NCBI GenBank assembly: GCA_038823825.1
Contig: JAWBCC010000001.1
Coordinates: 270,001-302,000, forward strand
Direction of reading: 5' to 3'
Source: Candidatus Hadarchaeales archaeon
Lineage (GTDB): Archaea; Hadarchaeota; Hadarchaeia; Hadarchaeales; Hadarchaeaceae
Length of the DNA: 32,000 bases
Shown here: piece by piece, positions 11,703 to 21,763 of the stretch
How positions within the stretch are numbered: position 1 is the stretch's first letter
Layout of the letters: every line of letters starts with the position of its first letter
Notes under the pieces: model-generated
Databases searched by the model: none
The model's input: the letters and a program-made list of their open reading frames with translations, nothing else
What the model was told of the DNA's origin: nothing
Translations under genes and position numbers: made by a program

Positions 11703-13157
11703 ATGACGTGGATGGGGAAAATCAAACAAATAGATGAAGTACGATGGGAAATTCCAAGCGATTATAAGCCCGGTATGCTGGTTCCGGCGAGAATTTACGC
11801 AGACAGAGAACTTCTCGAAGAAATGCGTAAGGATATGACCCTAGAACAGGCGGCAAATGTTGCTTTCCTTAAAGGGATTTACAAATATAGCATAACTTTG
11901 CCCGATGGACATCAGGGTTATGGTTTTCCGATTGGTGGCGTAGCTGCAACAGATGCCGAGGTGGGCGTGATATCCCCGGGTGGGGTTGGTTACGACATAA
12001 ACTGTGGTGTTCGACTGCTACGCACAGAATTGAAGAAAGAGGATGTTATCCCAAAACTTCGTCAGCTAGTGGAAACTCTTTTCAGAAATGTTCCCTCGGG
12101 TTTAGGTAGCACAGGGCATGTTAAGCTCACACCACAACAGCTTGATGACGTTCTACGGTTGGGAGCAAAATGGGCGGTGGAAAATGGCTTCGGATGGGAA
12201 GAAGATTTGGAGAGACTGGAAGAGGGAGGTTGTATGGGGGGTGCAGATCCGAGCAAAGTTAGTCAAGAAGCCAAAAAGAGGGGGTTTCCACAGCTCGGCA
12301 GTTTGGGCAGCGGAAATCATTTCCTCGAGGTTCAAGTTGTGGATAAAATATACAACCCGGAGGTCGCAAAGAAATTCGGGATCTTTGAGGAAGACCAGGT
12401 TACTGTGATGATTCACACAGGTTCTAGAGGTCTTGGTCACCAAGTCTGTTCAGACTACTTGCGCAGAATGGAACACGTCGTTCACAAATATGGAATAAAA
12501 CTTCCCGACCGGGAGCTTGTAAACGTTCCATTCACCTCCCAAGAAGGGCAGGATTACTTCTCGGCCATGAAGTGTGCTGCTAACTATGCTTGGGCTAACA
12601 GGCAGATGATCGTTCATTGGGTGAGAGAGTCCTTCGAGCAAGTATTCGGAAAAGATGCAGAAAGCATGGGTCTCCACATAATTTACGATGTTGCCCATAA
12701 CATAGCAAAACTCGAAGAGCATAAAGTCGATGATGGGAAAAGAAAAGTTGTAGTTCATAGAAAGGGTGCAACCAGAGCCTTCGGTCCTGGACACCCCGAT
12801 GTTCCTTCGACATACAGAGATGTTGGACAGCCAGTTCTTATTCCTGGAGATATGGGGACTGCTTCGTATGTCTTAGTTGGAACAGATTTAGCCATGTGGG
12901 AGACTTTTGGTTCGACGGCTCACGGAGCAGGGCGTCATCTAAGCAGGGCGGCTGCTCTAAAGAGCTTCAGGGGCGATTATGTTCAGAAAGCGCTGGAATC
13001 TCAGGGAATAGTCGTGAAAGCGGCGAAGATTTCTGTTATCGCAGAGGAGGCACCAGAGGCATACAAAAATGTCGATCGTGTTGCAGATGTTTCGCATCGA
13101 GCTGGAATCGCCATCAAAGTTGCAAGATTGCGCCCGATAGGAGTAGCAAAAGGATGA
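11703..13157 (+). CDS. rtcB: tRNA-splicing ligase RtcB (no intein seen)
   Basis: 484 aa; LPDGHQGYGFPIGGVAA, SPGGVGYDINCGVRLL, GSLGSGNHFLEVQ, HTGSRGLGHQVC, YDVAHNIAKLE, GDMGTASYVLVG, FGSTAHGAGRHLSR. Confidence 0.97.
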   Translation: MTWMGKIKQIDEVRWEIPSDYKPGMLVPARIYADRELLEEMRKDMTLEQAANVAFLKGIYKYSITLPDGHQGYGFPIGGVAATDAEVGVISPGGVGYDINCGVRLLRTELKKEDVIPKLRQLVETLFRNVPSGLGSTGHVKLTPQQLDDVLRLGAKWAVENGFGWEEDLERLEEGGCMGGADPSKVSQEAKKRGFPQLGSLGSGNHFLEVQVVDKIYNPEVAKKFGIFEEDQVTVMIHTGSRGLGHQVCSDYLRRMEHVVHKYGIKLPDRELVNVPFTSQEGQDYFSAMKCAANYAWANRQMIVHWVRESFEQVFGKDAESMGLHIIYDVAHNIAKLEEHKVDDGKRKVVVHRKGATRAFGPGHPDVPSTYRDVGQPVLIPGDMGTASYVLVGTDLAMWETFGSTAHGAGRHLSRAAALKSFRGDYVQKALESQGIVVKAAKISVIAEEAPEAYKNVDRVADVSHRAGIAIKVARLRPIGVAKG

Positions 13158-13987
13158 GATTTAGAGTCCTCCTTCCGGCCTCTCTTGTGTGCGACGTCTC
13201 AGATTTAAGACAAAAAACGCTTAAGATTGGGATTGTTGGTAGGGCTTTAGCGATATTCAGAGTAGACTCAGTGTGGATATACGACGATCACGAGCCGAAG
13301 GTGAAAAATCCACAAGAGGAAATGAATCTTATAAAACTCATACTCGAGTACATGGAAACACCCCAATATCTCAGAAAGATACTTTTTAGAAAGAAAGAAG
13401 AGCTCAAATTTGCAGGAATGCTTCCTCCCTTACGCACGCCCCATCATCCATCTGTTCATGAGAGGTCCTCTCGCCAACAGATACGCGAGGGGGCTGTCAT
13501 TTCTTCTAAAGGAGGAAAGAGCATAGTCGAGTTAGGTCTTCCAAAGCGGGGACTTCTAAGCGAAGAGGTTAAGCCAGGCACAAGAATTACCGTGAGGATA
13601 CTCAAAGATATCGGAGATTATCTGATCGTGGAGGAAGTTAGGAAAGAGGAGGTAAAGGATTATTGGGGATACAGAGTTTATACTGCCCCCAGTCTGAGCG
13701 AAGCCGTTCGAATGTCGCGTTCAGGTTTCATGATAGGAACCTCTAAGCATGGCAGGAATCTGGAGGATGTCATGCACCTTCTTAAATCTGTCCGAGATCC
13801 TCTTACGGTAGCTTTTGGAGGCCCCTATGCCGGGCTTTTCGAAATATGTGCGAGAGAGGGTGTAAAAACCGAAGATCTTTTTGACATGGTGATAAACATG
13901 GTCCCGGGACAGGGAACGGAAACGGTGAGAACGGAGGAAGCGCTCATCGCATCACTGGCTATATTAAACGTTTTGCGCAGCATTTGA
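13154..13987 (+). CDS. SPOUT-family RNA methyltransferase (COG2106-like)
   Basis: 277 aa from ATG 13154 (MRFRVLLPASLVCDVSDLRQKTLKIGIVGRALAIFRVDSVWIYDD ... LRTPHHPSVHE ... VAFGGPYAGLFEI ... NMVPGQGTETVRTEEALIASLAILN). The track start 12896 runs into rtcB and is over-extended. Confidence 0.85.
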   Translation: MRFRVLLPASLVCDVSDLRQKTLKIGIVGRALAIFRVDSVWIYDDHEPKVKNPQEEMNLIKLILEYMETPQYLRKILFRKKEELKFAGMLPPLRTPHHPSVHERSSRQQIREGAVISSKGGKSIVELGLPKRGLLSEEVKPGTRITVRILKDIGDYLIVEEVRKEEVKDYWGYRVYTAPSLSEAVRMSRSGFMIGTSKHGRNLEDVMHLLKSVRDPLTVAFGGPYAGLFEICAREGVKTEDLFDMVINMVPGQGTETVRTEEALIASLAILNVLRSI

Positions 13988-13996
13988 CTCGGAAAC

Positions 13997-14003
13997 TTTT
14001 TAA
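13997..14003 (+). promoter_or_regulatory. Candidate TATA box for giant exported protein gene
   Basis: tttttaa about 30-36 nt upstream of ATG 14033. Confidence 0.35.
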
Positions 14004-14032
14004 CCGTTTTTTGACAATATTTTGTGGAAGGC

Positions 14033-17000
14033 ATGAGGAAATTTCCGCTACTGGCGCTGGTGGTATTTGTTTTCTGCCACATCATAGCATTTGCTACATC
14101 GGGAGAAACCTTCATTGAGCGTGATTTTTCATCTCCGGAAATTTATCTCCAGGGAACTGAAGTTGTTGATGGAAAAGTCAGGCTCAGAATAGGACCGGAA
14201 CAGATTTCTGACAAGCTGAGCCTGCGCCTGGAGAAAATTGGCGGGGACAACTGGGTCTCTCTTGAAAATATCGAAAGCTGGGCGGATTACGATGGAAAGG
14301 CGATGGTGGGCGTTAAGGACGAGTATGGAAGAAGCTACATTTATGTTCTCTGGCGGAAAGGAAGCTATTCGGACGCATTTAGAAGGTACAACGTGTCAGC
14401 AAACAGATGGGAGGTTCTGTCGAGTCCAACCGAAAGCGGGCTAGATGTAGTGAAGAATGGCGTTTGTATGGCTTGGGACGGCGGACGTTATATATATGTC
14501 ATGCGTGGTGGCGCATATTCCGATTTCTACAGGGATTTCTGGAGGTATGACATAAAGACGAACACCTGGGAAATCTTGGAGAATACTCCATGGTATCAGG
14601 GTGCAGGAAATGCGATGGCATGGGTGCGACTTGATGGAAAGGAGTACATATATGCGATAATAGGAACTACTAGCTCATCTGCTGCGGCGGGCAGGCGAGG
14701 AATGGTTTTTGCCAGATTTAACATCGCTGCATGGGAGATGGACCCGGACAACGAACCTTCGAAGTGGGAGGTCATCCAGTGGGTTGGTGGATATAGCCGG
14801 TATGGGGTAAGTGGAACCATTCCATACGGATGTGATGACGGTTCGAGCATGGTTTGGACGGGAGATAATTATCTATACTACTTGGTCGGAGCATATAATG
14901 AAACATTGAGCGGACTAGAGGAGAGCCATTTTCTGCGATATCATCTCAAAGAGAACCGATGGGAGGAACTAGCGCCTATACCTTACAACGGAAGACCGGA
15001 GGACAGATCGGGTGTCGATGATGGAGGCACTATCGTCTGGGCAGGAGATTACATTTACGCCGTGAAGGGAGGAGATGGAGCAGGACATGATTACGCGGAC
15101 AATTTCTATCGCTACTGTATCAGCACGAACAGTTGGGAAAAGTTGGCAAATCTTCCAGAGGGTGTTGGAAGAAGAAACGGCAGTCGGTTAGCGGCGATAG
15201 ATGGTGTCGTTTATTTCCTGCGTGGCCACGGTTCAACAGGCTTTTGGAAGTACAATCCTCCGCTATTTTCTACAGCTGAGTCATTTTATTCGCGAGTTAT
15301 CGATGTCGGCGCGGAGACGGATTGGGGAAAGATATCCTGGTCTTACTCCAAGCCAGATGGGATAGTAGAAAGCGTGTTTCAAACTTCAGATGAGCCAAGC
15401 GCATTACCAGATGGTTCTAATAGGGTTGGTCAGATTCCGATTTGGTATCCCGCAGATCATCCAGTTATAAGCGAGTTTGCAACGAGAGGGCCCGACAACG
15501 CATATCAAGAGTTTATCGAGATATACAATCCCACATCCTCAGATGTTGATCTCACAGGATGGAAGATTCAGTACCGGTCAGTGACCGGCACGAGTTGGTA
15601 CGACAGGGTTGTATTTCCAAGCGGAGCGAAGATCCCTGCGTACGGTTTCTATCTTGCTGTAAATGGACAGGGGTATCCAGGAGGAGTGATCGAAGGTGTG
15701 CAGGGAGATGCTCAGATGACGGATACAATTGCGGACAGCGGACATTTGAGACTCGTAGATAATTTTGGCAATGTGTTGGATGCTGTCAGTTATGGAAGCG
15801 GTCATAATTATACTGAAGAAGGACCACCGGCCCCAAACCATGGAACTACAAAAAATAACAAGAGTGTAGAGCGGAGAGCCACACCATTTTCCACAATTGC
15901 TGACATGTTGGTCGGAGGCATGCATGAGAATTTAGGAAATGCTTGCGACACAAACAACAATTCTTTTGATTTCTTTGTAAGACCGGTGAGAAATCCTCAA
16001 AATTCTTTGAGCGCGCCCGAAATTCCACCAACTCCCATGCCACTTGCCAACTATTCGCAAACGTTCGTTTTAGATGGATTATTTGAAAACATTTCAGAGA
16101 AAATTGTAGGACAACAGTCACAAGTTTTCCTAGAGAATCAGCAAACCACAATAGTTTTGAAAGGCGATAATGTAAGTTCTCCGGATTTGATGAATGATGA
16201 AGATGGAATATATTTTGAGGTATTTTCTGTTCAGTCGTACATAACAGAGGAAAACTGGGAAAATATGGCGGCCTGGCCTGGACTTTTGACAAATGGAGCC
16301 GCTTGCTACGCTGAAAACATATTGTCGGGCAGAAAGTATGTTTATGCCCACGATACTAGACATCTCTACCGTTACGACATTGCGGCGGACTTGTGGGAGA
16401 ATATCGGACCCTTGCCGGCTCAGGCATTCGCCGGTAGCGGAATGGTGTGGACTAAAGATAATTACATTTACATGACCAAAGGAGGATACAGTCTTCCCAA
16501 TTTTTGGAGATATCACATCCCAGAAAACAAATGGGAAAACCTACCAAATGTTCCGATTGATCAGAGGACTGGAAGTTGCATCGCATGGGATGGAGGAGAT
16601 AAAATATATGGAATCTTCCAAGCTGTAACCGATAACGCACTCTATGTCTTCTCGATAAGTGATAATTCATGGACAAGATTGTACACGATAGTTTATGGTG
16701 GGACCCCGAGGAGTCCGGGAAGCGGTTCATCGCTCGTTGCGGTGGGCGGATATCTCTACTACGCAGTCGGCGGAATGAGCCAATACTGGAGATATAACAT
16801 TGCTGATAACACTTGGGATAGACTTGCGGGCGCTCCTGGAACATGGGGGGCTGGAGGAGCACAAGAAGTGATAAATGAGAATATCATTTATGCGGTTGGA
16901 TTCGGTAGTCCGAGAGTTGGATTCGGCAGATTCATAATACCAGAAAATCGATGGGTGAAAATGACGGACTTACCAGCGGCGATCAGCAATGCAAACGACA

Positions 17001-20000
17001 GACTTGTTTTCGATGGATCATTCACGTATCTGGTGAGGGCTTACGGAGACAACAGCTTCTGGAGATATCCCAAGCTTTCCTATCAATACGATATATCTAC
17101 TGAGTCTTCTCTCCGATTGAACTTACCACCTGGTTACCAAGTTGAAAACTTGTTAATTTATCTGAAATTTTCTTCGGAAAATGGGGCGACGTACTATCTT
17201 GGAATTTACAACTGGATAACGGGAACGTATAGTGAGAACTCCCTTAGGCATATCGGCGACAACACGGTTGAAAATGTTCTGGTTGTGAGAGTTACCGGGA
17301 GTGAATATGTCTCAAGCGATAACTTGATAAAAATCAGAATAAGATCTTCAGAGCCGATTGCTCATAAATTGCTAGCAGATAGGCTCGTAGCAGAGATTCA
17401 AGTCGCGAGGAATCAGTATGCGTTAAGGTGGGGTTATGTTTTCTCAGGTTTGGATAATTCATACGAAAATGCGGAAATAATGATCCTTGGCTTCTCCGAC
17501 AACGATGAAAACATAGAGATAAGTGTTTGGAAAAATTCAACTTCTAACTGGGTAAAGCTTGGTGTCCTGCCCGCTTCGCCGAACTTCATGTCTTTCAAAC
17601 TTTCTGACTTGCCAGATTACTTGATTGGGGGAGAAAATCTCTTCGTGAAATTCGAAGATTCAGACAGTATGGATTGGACACAGACGACTATTTACATCGA
17701 TTACTTAGCAGTTAGAGCTGTGAAATCTTACGGAACATCAATAGTTGTGGAAGTTCGTTTTGGATCAGACAACGATCCAACCGATGAGCCATTTCCTCCG
17801 GAAAATTGGACTGACTGGATTATTTTCAACGTTGGTGACAATCTTGCCTTTAGATCCAGATATCTCCAGTATCGCATTCAACTCTTCTCAACCGATTTCA
17901 GATTTTCACCGCTAGTTGAAGTGCTAGAGATAGAACATCTTCCGCTCATCTATCGGGAGGGCATTTTCGTAAGCCAACCACTCCTATTGGGCTACGTGGA
18001 CAGTTGGGGGGAGTTAAAGTTTGATGTGGACACACCGACAGATACATCGATAGAGTTCTTCACCAGGTCCTCACCAGATGGCTTTTTGTGGTCTGAGTGG
18101 GAGCCGCTCGATTCAAGAAACATTCGGAGCCCAGTCTACAACTGCAGATATCTGCAGGTCAAAGCTATTTTATATGGGTTTGGCTCATTGACCCCCGTTT
18201 TGAAGGAGTACTCGATAGAGTACGTTCCAGATAAAACACCACCAATCGTTACCGTTTCTGAACCTAGAGACGGATTTGTGACAACACAAGATAAGATAAT
18301 AGTGCGGGGCACGGTAAGCGACGCAAATCCGGTTAGGCTTGAAATAAACGGCATGCCGGTTATCTTCGAACCGGGAGCGTTTGAGAAAGAGGTCAGATTG
18401 AGTCCGGGACAGAATGTGATAAGGATAGTTGCCTCTGATGTTGCCGGTAACAAGAGGGAGATTCTCATCCGTGGAACAATGGAGATGGGTCAGCCAATTC
18501 GACCGGCGGTACCTCCCTCAACATACTTTGTCGCCGCAATGATTGTGGGAGGGGTTATCGCAGGTATTTCGCTAATATACATTTTTGCTCCAGCTTTTGT
18601 GAAGGTAGTAAGGAAGGGGAATTTGGTTTTTTTGAGTCTCGCCTTAGTCTTTCCAATTTTGTTTAGTGGCTCCGCTGCTGCTCTTTCCACTTGGGAAGGA
18701 TCCTGGGTAAGTGATTATAACGATTTTAGGTTTGGAGAATTTGAAAATGTGGCTTCGTTTACTTCAGGTGTTTTAGCCTTACAACCGGAAGAATATTGGG
18801 GAAATGATTTTGCTGCTTCATACTATTATACCGAATGGACGAACTTGGATTCGTTTGAGAAGAAGGTCTCAATAAGGTTTGTTGCACAGGCTTCAAAGAC
18901 CCTTACCGGATTTATGATTTATCTTTATCAGACCGGAACGGATCTCACTTGGAGATTTAGGCTAGAGTTGGACGATGGCACCGGAAAGCCCAGTGGGATT
19001 CTCGCTTGGTCAAATGCTTGGCAGACTCTGAAGGTCACAAGTAGCAAATGGTGGACCGTAGATCTCCTTTCGCCAGGCATGTTGCGAAAGGGTGAGACAT
19101 ATCATATAGTGATTTCTTGGGAAAACTTCGGTGTAGCGCCTTCTTCACAAGATTTCATAAATATTAGGAGCCTTTGGCCGTTTAATCAAACGTGGATAAA
19201 CGGTCTCGTAACGAACAATAACAGAGGAGTTTTGATCTTTGACGGTTCATCTTGGAAGGATCTAGGCCGAGAACCAGTTTATATCCTGAACTTTTCAGAT
19301 AAAACTTACGAGGGGAATCCTTATTACACGCTTAGGACGGATGCTTATGAAATCGGCGTTTTCGGGGACAACGCCAAAGGAGAGAGATTTCAAACGGATT
19401 TATTGAGAAGGGTTTGTGGTATCGAGGTTTACGCTAGAAAGAGCGGCACACCCCACGACAACCTTTATCTGGTTCTGCAGAGAGGAGCATCGACATTAGC
19501 AAGCGTCTCAGTTGGAGACTCGACCACTATTGAAAATAGGTGGGGATGGGTTGGAGCACTCTTCGATGCACCTTTGAGTCTATCTCCGGCACAGTACGTG
19601 GTGGGCTTGAAATCTCCAGGTTCAACGAGCGGAAACAGGTATGATGTTTGTCTACTTGGAACATATTCGTCCTCTCCACATCCTGATCTTACCTTTTCAG
19701 GGACCACAGCCTGTTTTGTCTACTCTACGAACGGTGGGATTACATGGTCGACCAAATCCAAGATGCAGGATGATATACCGTTTAGATTCATAGAATCATT
19801 CAAAAAATCGGGCATTTTCACTTCAAGAATTTTTGACGCTGGAGATATTATGAAGTGGGAGCGATTAAACTGGGATGGAAGAATCTTGGATGGGACTAGT
19901 TTGGTTTTCCAGACTAGAACCTCTACAGATAACGTTAGGTGGTCGCCTTGGGAGGATGTTGGTCCCGATAGTTCAATAACTTCCCCGCCAGGTAGATATA

Positions 20001-20455
20001 TCCAGTATAGAGTAATGTTTACAACGCAAAGCGAGTATGTTACACCAAGATTGAATAGGGTTTTGATATATTTTTCAGATGCCTCTCCGCCGAAGATTGT
20101 TTCTGCCACACCAAGGAGCGGTCAAACAGTTTTCTCTACTACACCTACTATCGAAATTGTACTTGATGACATCTCCGGAATTGATCAAGATTCAATAGTT
20201 CTGAAGGTCGATGGTCAGAAAGTGGATTTCTCTTATGATCCGGCAACGAAAACAGTCTGGTTTTTGCCGGACAAGGGGCTGTCAACGGGCGAACATGAAA
20301 TATTCATTTCTTTGCAGGACGGAGCTGGTAATCTGCTGGAGGAAAGATGGACGTTTTTGGTCAGCGTTGAAGAAGGTCTTCGAGTGGAGTGGATACTCGC
20401 AGCTTTAGTCGTTGCAATCTTAATTATCGTGTTTGTAATCAAGACCAAAAGGTAA
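14033..20455 (+). CDS. Giant exported multidomain protein: kelch-like repeats, lamin-tail domain, second kelch-like array, Ig-like domains, internal and C-terminal TM segments
   Basis: One uninterrupted ORF. Signal peptide (FPLLALVVFVFCHIIAFATS); repeated WRYxIxxNxWExL / GxAMAWxxxxYIYxxxGG motifs; LTD-like EFIEIYNPTSSDVDLTGWKIQYRS...GYGFYLAVNG-type segment; PPIVTVSEPRDGFVTTQDKIIVRGTVSDANP...GQNVIRIVASDVAGNK; C-terminal VEWILAALVVAILIIVFVIKTKR. ATG 14033 preferred over GTG 14024. Confidence 0.8.
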   Translation: MRKFPLLALVVFVFCHIIAFATSGETFIERDFSSPEIYLQGTEVVDGKVRLRIGPEQISDKLSLRLEKIGGDNWVSLENIESWADYDGKAMVGVKDEYGRSYIYVLWRKGSYSDAFRRYNVSANRWEVLSSPTESGLDVVKNGVCMAWDGGRYIYVMRGGAYSDFYRDFWRYDIKTNTWEILENTPWYQGAGNAMAWVRLDGKEYIYAIIGTTSSSAAAGRRGMVFARFNIAAWEMDPDNEPSKWEVIQWVGGYSRYGVSGTIPYGCDDGSSMVWTGDNYLYYLVGAYNETLSGLEESHFLRYHLKENRWEELAPIPYNGRPEDRSGVDDGGTIVWAGDYIYAVKGGDGAGHDYADNFYRYCISTNSWEKLANLPEGVGRRNGSRLAAIDGVVYFLRGHGSTGFWKYNPPLFSTAESFYSRVIDVGAETDWGKISWSYSKPDGIVESVFQTSDEPSALPDGSNRVGQIPIWYPADHPVISEFATRGPDNAYQEFIEIYNPTSSDVDLTGWKIQYRSVTGTSWYDRVVFPSGAKIPAYGFYLAVNGQGYPGGVIEGVQGDAQMTDTIADSGHLRLVDNFGNVLDAVSYGSGHNYTEEGPPAPNHGTTKNNKSVERRATPFSTIADMLVGGMHENLGNACDTNNNSFDFFVRPVRNPQNSLSAPEIPPTPMPLANYSQTFVLDGLFENISEKIVGQQSQVFLENQQTTIVLKGDNVSSPDLMNDEDGIYFEVFSVQSYITEENWENMAAWPGLLTNGAACYAENILSGRKYVYAHDTRHLYRYDIAADLWENIGPLPAQAFAGSGMVWTKDNYIYMTKGGYSLPNFWRYHIPENKWENLPNVPIDQRTGSCIAWDGGDKIYGIFQAVTDNALYVFSISDNSWTRLYTIVYGGTPRSPGSGSSLVAVGGYLYYAVGGMSQYWRYNIADNTWDRLAGAPGTWGAGGAQEVINENIIYAVGFGSPRVGFGRFIIPENRWVKMTDLPAAISNANDRLVFDGSFTYLVRAYGDNSFWRYPKLSYQYDISTESSLRLNLPPGYQVENLLIYLKFSSENGATYYLGIYNWITGTYSENSLRHIGDNTVENVLVVRVTGSEYVSSDNLIKIRIRSSEPIAHKLLADRLVAEIQVARNQYALRWGYVFSGLDNSYENAEIMILGFSDNDENIEISVWKNSTSNWVKLGVLPASPNFMSFKLSDLPDYLIGGENLFVKFEDSDSMDWTQTTIYIDYLAVRAVKSYGTSIVVEVRFGSDNDPTDEPFPPENWTDWIIFNVGDNLAFRSRYLQYRIQLFSTDFRFSPLVEVLEIEHLPLIYREGIFVSQPLLLGYVDSWGELKFDVDTPTDTSIEFFTRSSPDGFLWSEWEPLDSRNIRSPVYNCRYLQVKAILYGFGSLTPVLKEYSIEYVPDKTPPIVTVSEPRDGFVTTQDKIIVRGTVSDANPVRLEINGMPVIFEPGAFEKEVRLSPGQNVIRIVASDVAGNKREILIRGTMEMGQPIRPAVPPSTYFVAAMIVGGVIAGISLIYIFAPAFVKVVRKGNLVFLSLALVFPILFSGSAAALSTWEGSWVSDYNDFRFGEFENVASFTSGVLALQPEEYWGNDFAASYYYTEWTNLDSFEKKVSIRFVAQASKTLTGFMIYLYQTGTDLTWRFRLELDDGTGKPSGILAWSNAWQTLKVTSSKWWTVDLLSPGMLRKGETYHIVISWENFGVAPSSQDFINIRSLWPFNQTWINGLVTNNNRGVLIFDGSSWKDLGREPVYILNFSDKTYEGNPYYTLRTDAYEIGVFGDNAKGERFQTDLLRRVCGIEVYARKSGTPHDNLYLVLQRGASTLASVSVGDSTTIENRWGWVGALFDAPLSLSPAQYVVGLKSPGSTSGNRYDVCLLGTYSSSPHPDLTFSGTTACFVYSTNGGITWSTKSKMQDDIPFRFIESFKKSGIFTSRIFDAGDIMKWERLNWDGRILDGTSLVFQTRTSTDNVRWSPWEDVGPDSSITSPPGRYIQYRVMFTTQSEYVTPRLNRVLIYFSDASPPKIVSATPRSGQTVFSTTPTIEIVLDDISGIDQDSIVLKVDGQKVDFSYDPATKTVWFLPDKGLSTGEHEIFISLQDGAGNLLEERWTFLVSVEEGLRVEWILAALVVAILIIVFVIKTKR

Positions 20456-20457
20456 AA

Positions 20458-21732
20458 TCACATCCAGATCAAGTGGAGAAGCAGGTGACCGACGAGCACG
20501 GATGCGATCGTCGTTGGAACGCTTATCTTAAGATACTCTCTCAATTTTATCCTGTGTCCATGCTTTTCAAGAATTCCGACCGCAAAGACGTTTGCCGTGG
20601 CACCGACCGGGCTTATGTTTCCGCCAACGCCGGTTCCAATCAACATTCCAAAGAGGAACGGAAATGGGGAAACGCCTGTTACTTCTGCCAAGTGTTTACA
20701 GACCGGTATCATCAAGACCGTGTAGGGCACATTGTCCATGAACGAGGATATTGCGACAGACATCCAAGTGATCATCGCTAGCAAAAGTGTGGGACTTCCC
20801 GCGCTCACTCTGCTTATTCCGCCCGCGAAATCTTTGAGGAGTCCTATCTTGTCAACACCATTTATCACCAGGAATACACCAACAACAAAGAAAAATGAAT
20901 TCCAATCGAATTCCTTCATCATGGTGACAGATTTTTTGTGTGCAACGGCCAAGGAAATCAAACCAACAGCAAGTCCAGCAACTCCGGATGGTATTCCTAT
21001 TTTCTGACCGATTATGAGAAGAACGACTCCGAATGCTAGAATGAACGCGGGTAGGGGATTTATCTGGATTTCTTCTTCTTCAAGATGAGTTTTTTTCCTG
21101 AGTCTTTTTCCGATAACAAAATAGAGAGCGAGTAAGCCAGCAAGCACCCCGGCGACTGAGATAACCCCGATGCTGATCTTTCCTTGGAAGAGATAAAAAT
21201 CCCAAAACTTCATTCCAGTTTCTGCAGCGAGGATGATGGAAGGAGGATCTGCGACCATTGTTACCGTGGTTGACATGTTTGAAGATATTGCAACCGGCAC
21301 TAAGTAATAAAAAAGAGGTGTTCCAGTCTTTCTCGCAATTTCTATGAGGATTGGTGCCATGAGGAGAACAACTCCAACATTTTCGAGAAAGGCGGAAAGG
21401 AAAGCGGTTATTGCGCATAGAATTATGAGGGCAGACCCCTCACTGTCGGTTTTTCTGAGGAGATGGAAGGCGAGATATTTTGGGATCCCGCTGTCTGCAA
21501 AAATCATGGACAGCATCATGAAACCCCAATAAATCCCCAATACGTCCCATTTGATCGCGTCTACGATTTCTTTTGGTGAAGCGAGGTTTGAAAAGAGCAA
21601 GATGAGAGATATCGCTATGCCGGATGTTATCCCAATGTAAGCAATTTTCCATTTTCTTGTGATGGCGAACGCGTAACACAGAATGAAAATGATGAATGCC
21701 GAAATCTTGGCTATTTCCATTGGCTCACCCAA
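20458..21732 (-). CDS. ArsB/NhaD-type (IT superfamily) anion permease / Na+:H+ antiporter-like protein
   Basis: 424 aa, ~11-12 TM; ENVGVVLLMAPILIEIARK, SSFMDNVPYTVLMIPV, GTGVGGNISPVGATANV motifs. Confidence 0.8.
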   Translation of the reverse strand: MGEPMEIAKISAFIIFILCYAFAITRKWKIAYIGITSGIAISLILLFSNLASPKEIVDAIKWDVLGIYWGFMMLSMIFADSGIPKYLAFHLLRKTDSEGSALIILCAITAFLSAFLENVGVVLLMAPILIEIARKTGTPLFYYLVPVAISSNMSTTVTMVADPPSIILAAETGMKFWDFYLFQGKISIGVISVAGVLAGLLALYFVIGKRLRKKTHLEEEEIQINPLPAFILAFGVVLLIIGQKIGIPSGVAGLAVGLISLAVAHKKSVTMMKEFDWNSFFFVVGVFLVINGVDKIGLLKDFAGGISRVSAGSPTLLLAMITWMSVAISSFMDNVPYTVLMIPVCKHLAEVTGVSPFPFLFGMLIGTGVGGNISPVGATANVFAVGILEKHGHRIKLREYLKISVPTTIASVLVGHLLLHLIWM

Positions 21733-21763
21733 TCTTTGACCAGTATTTTAAGCTCATTTGCAC

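Noticed and set aside
12896-13153. N-terminal extension of the 363-aa ORF (MGDFWFDGSRSRAS...)
   Set aside because: Lies entirely within rtcB in another frame and is low-complexity S/R/C-rich; ATG 13154 overlapping the rtcB stop matches the SPOUT family N-terminus.
14150-17090. Repeated motifs as possible CRISPR or tandem DNA repeats
   Set aside because: The repetition is at the protein level (kelch-like blades) and is diverged in DNA; no uniform repeat-spacer pattern.
15578-17540. Several minus-strand ORFs (115, 148, 128, 136 and 68 aa) inside the giant protein gene
   Set aside because: They are antisense to a long coherent coding frame with recognisable repeated motifs and show no family-like features.
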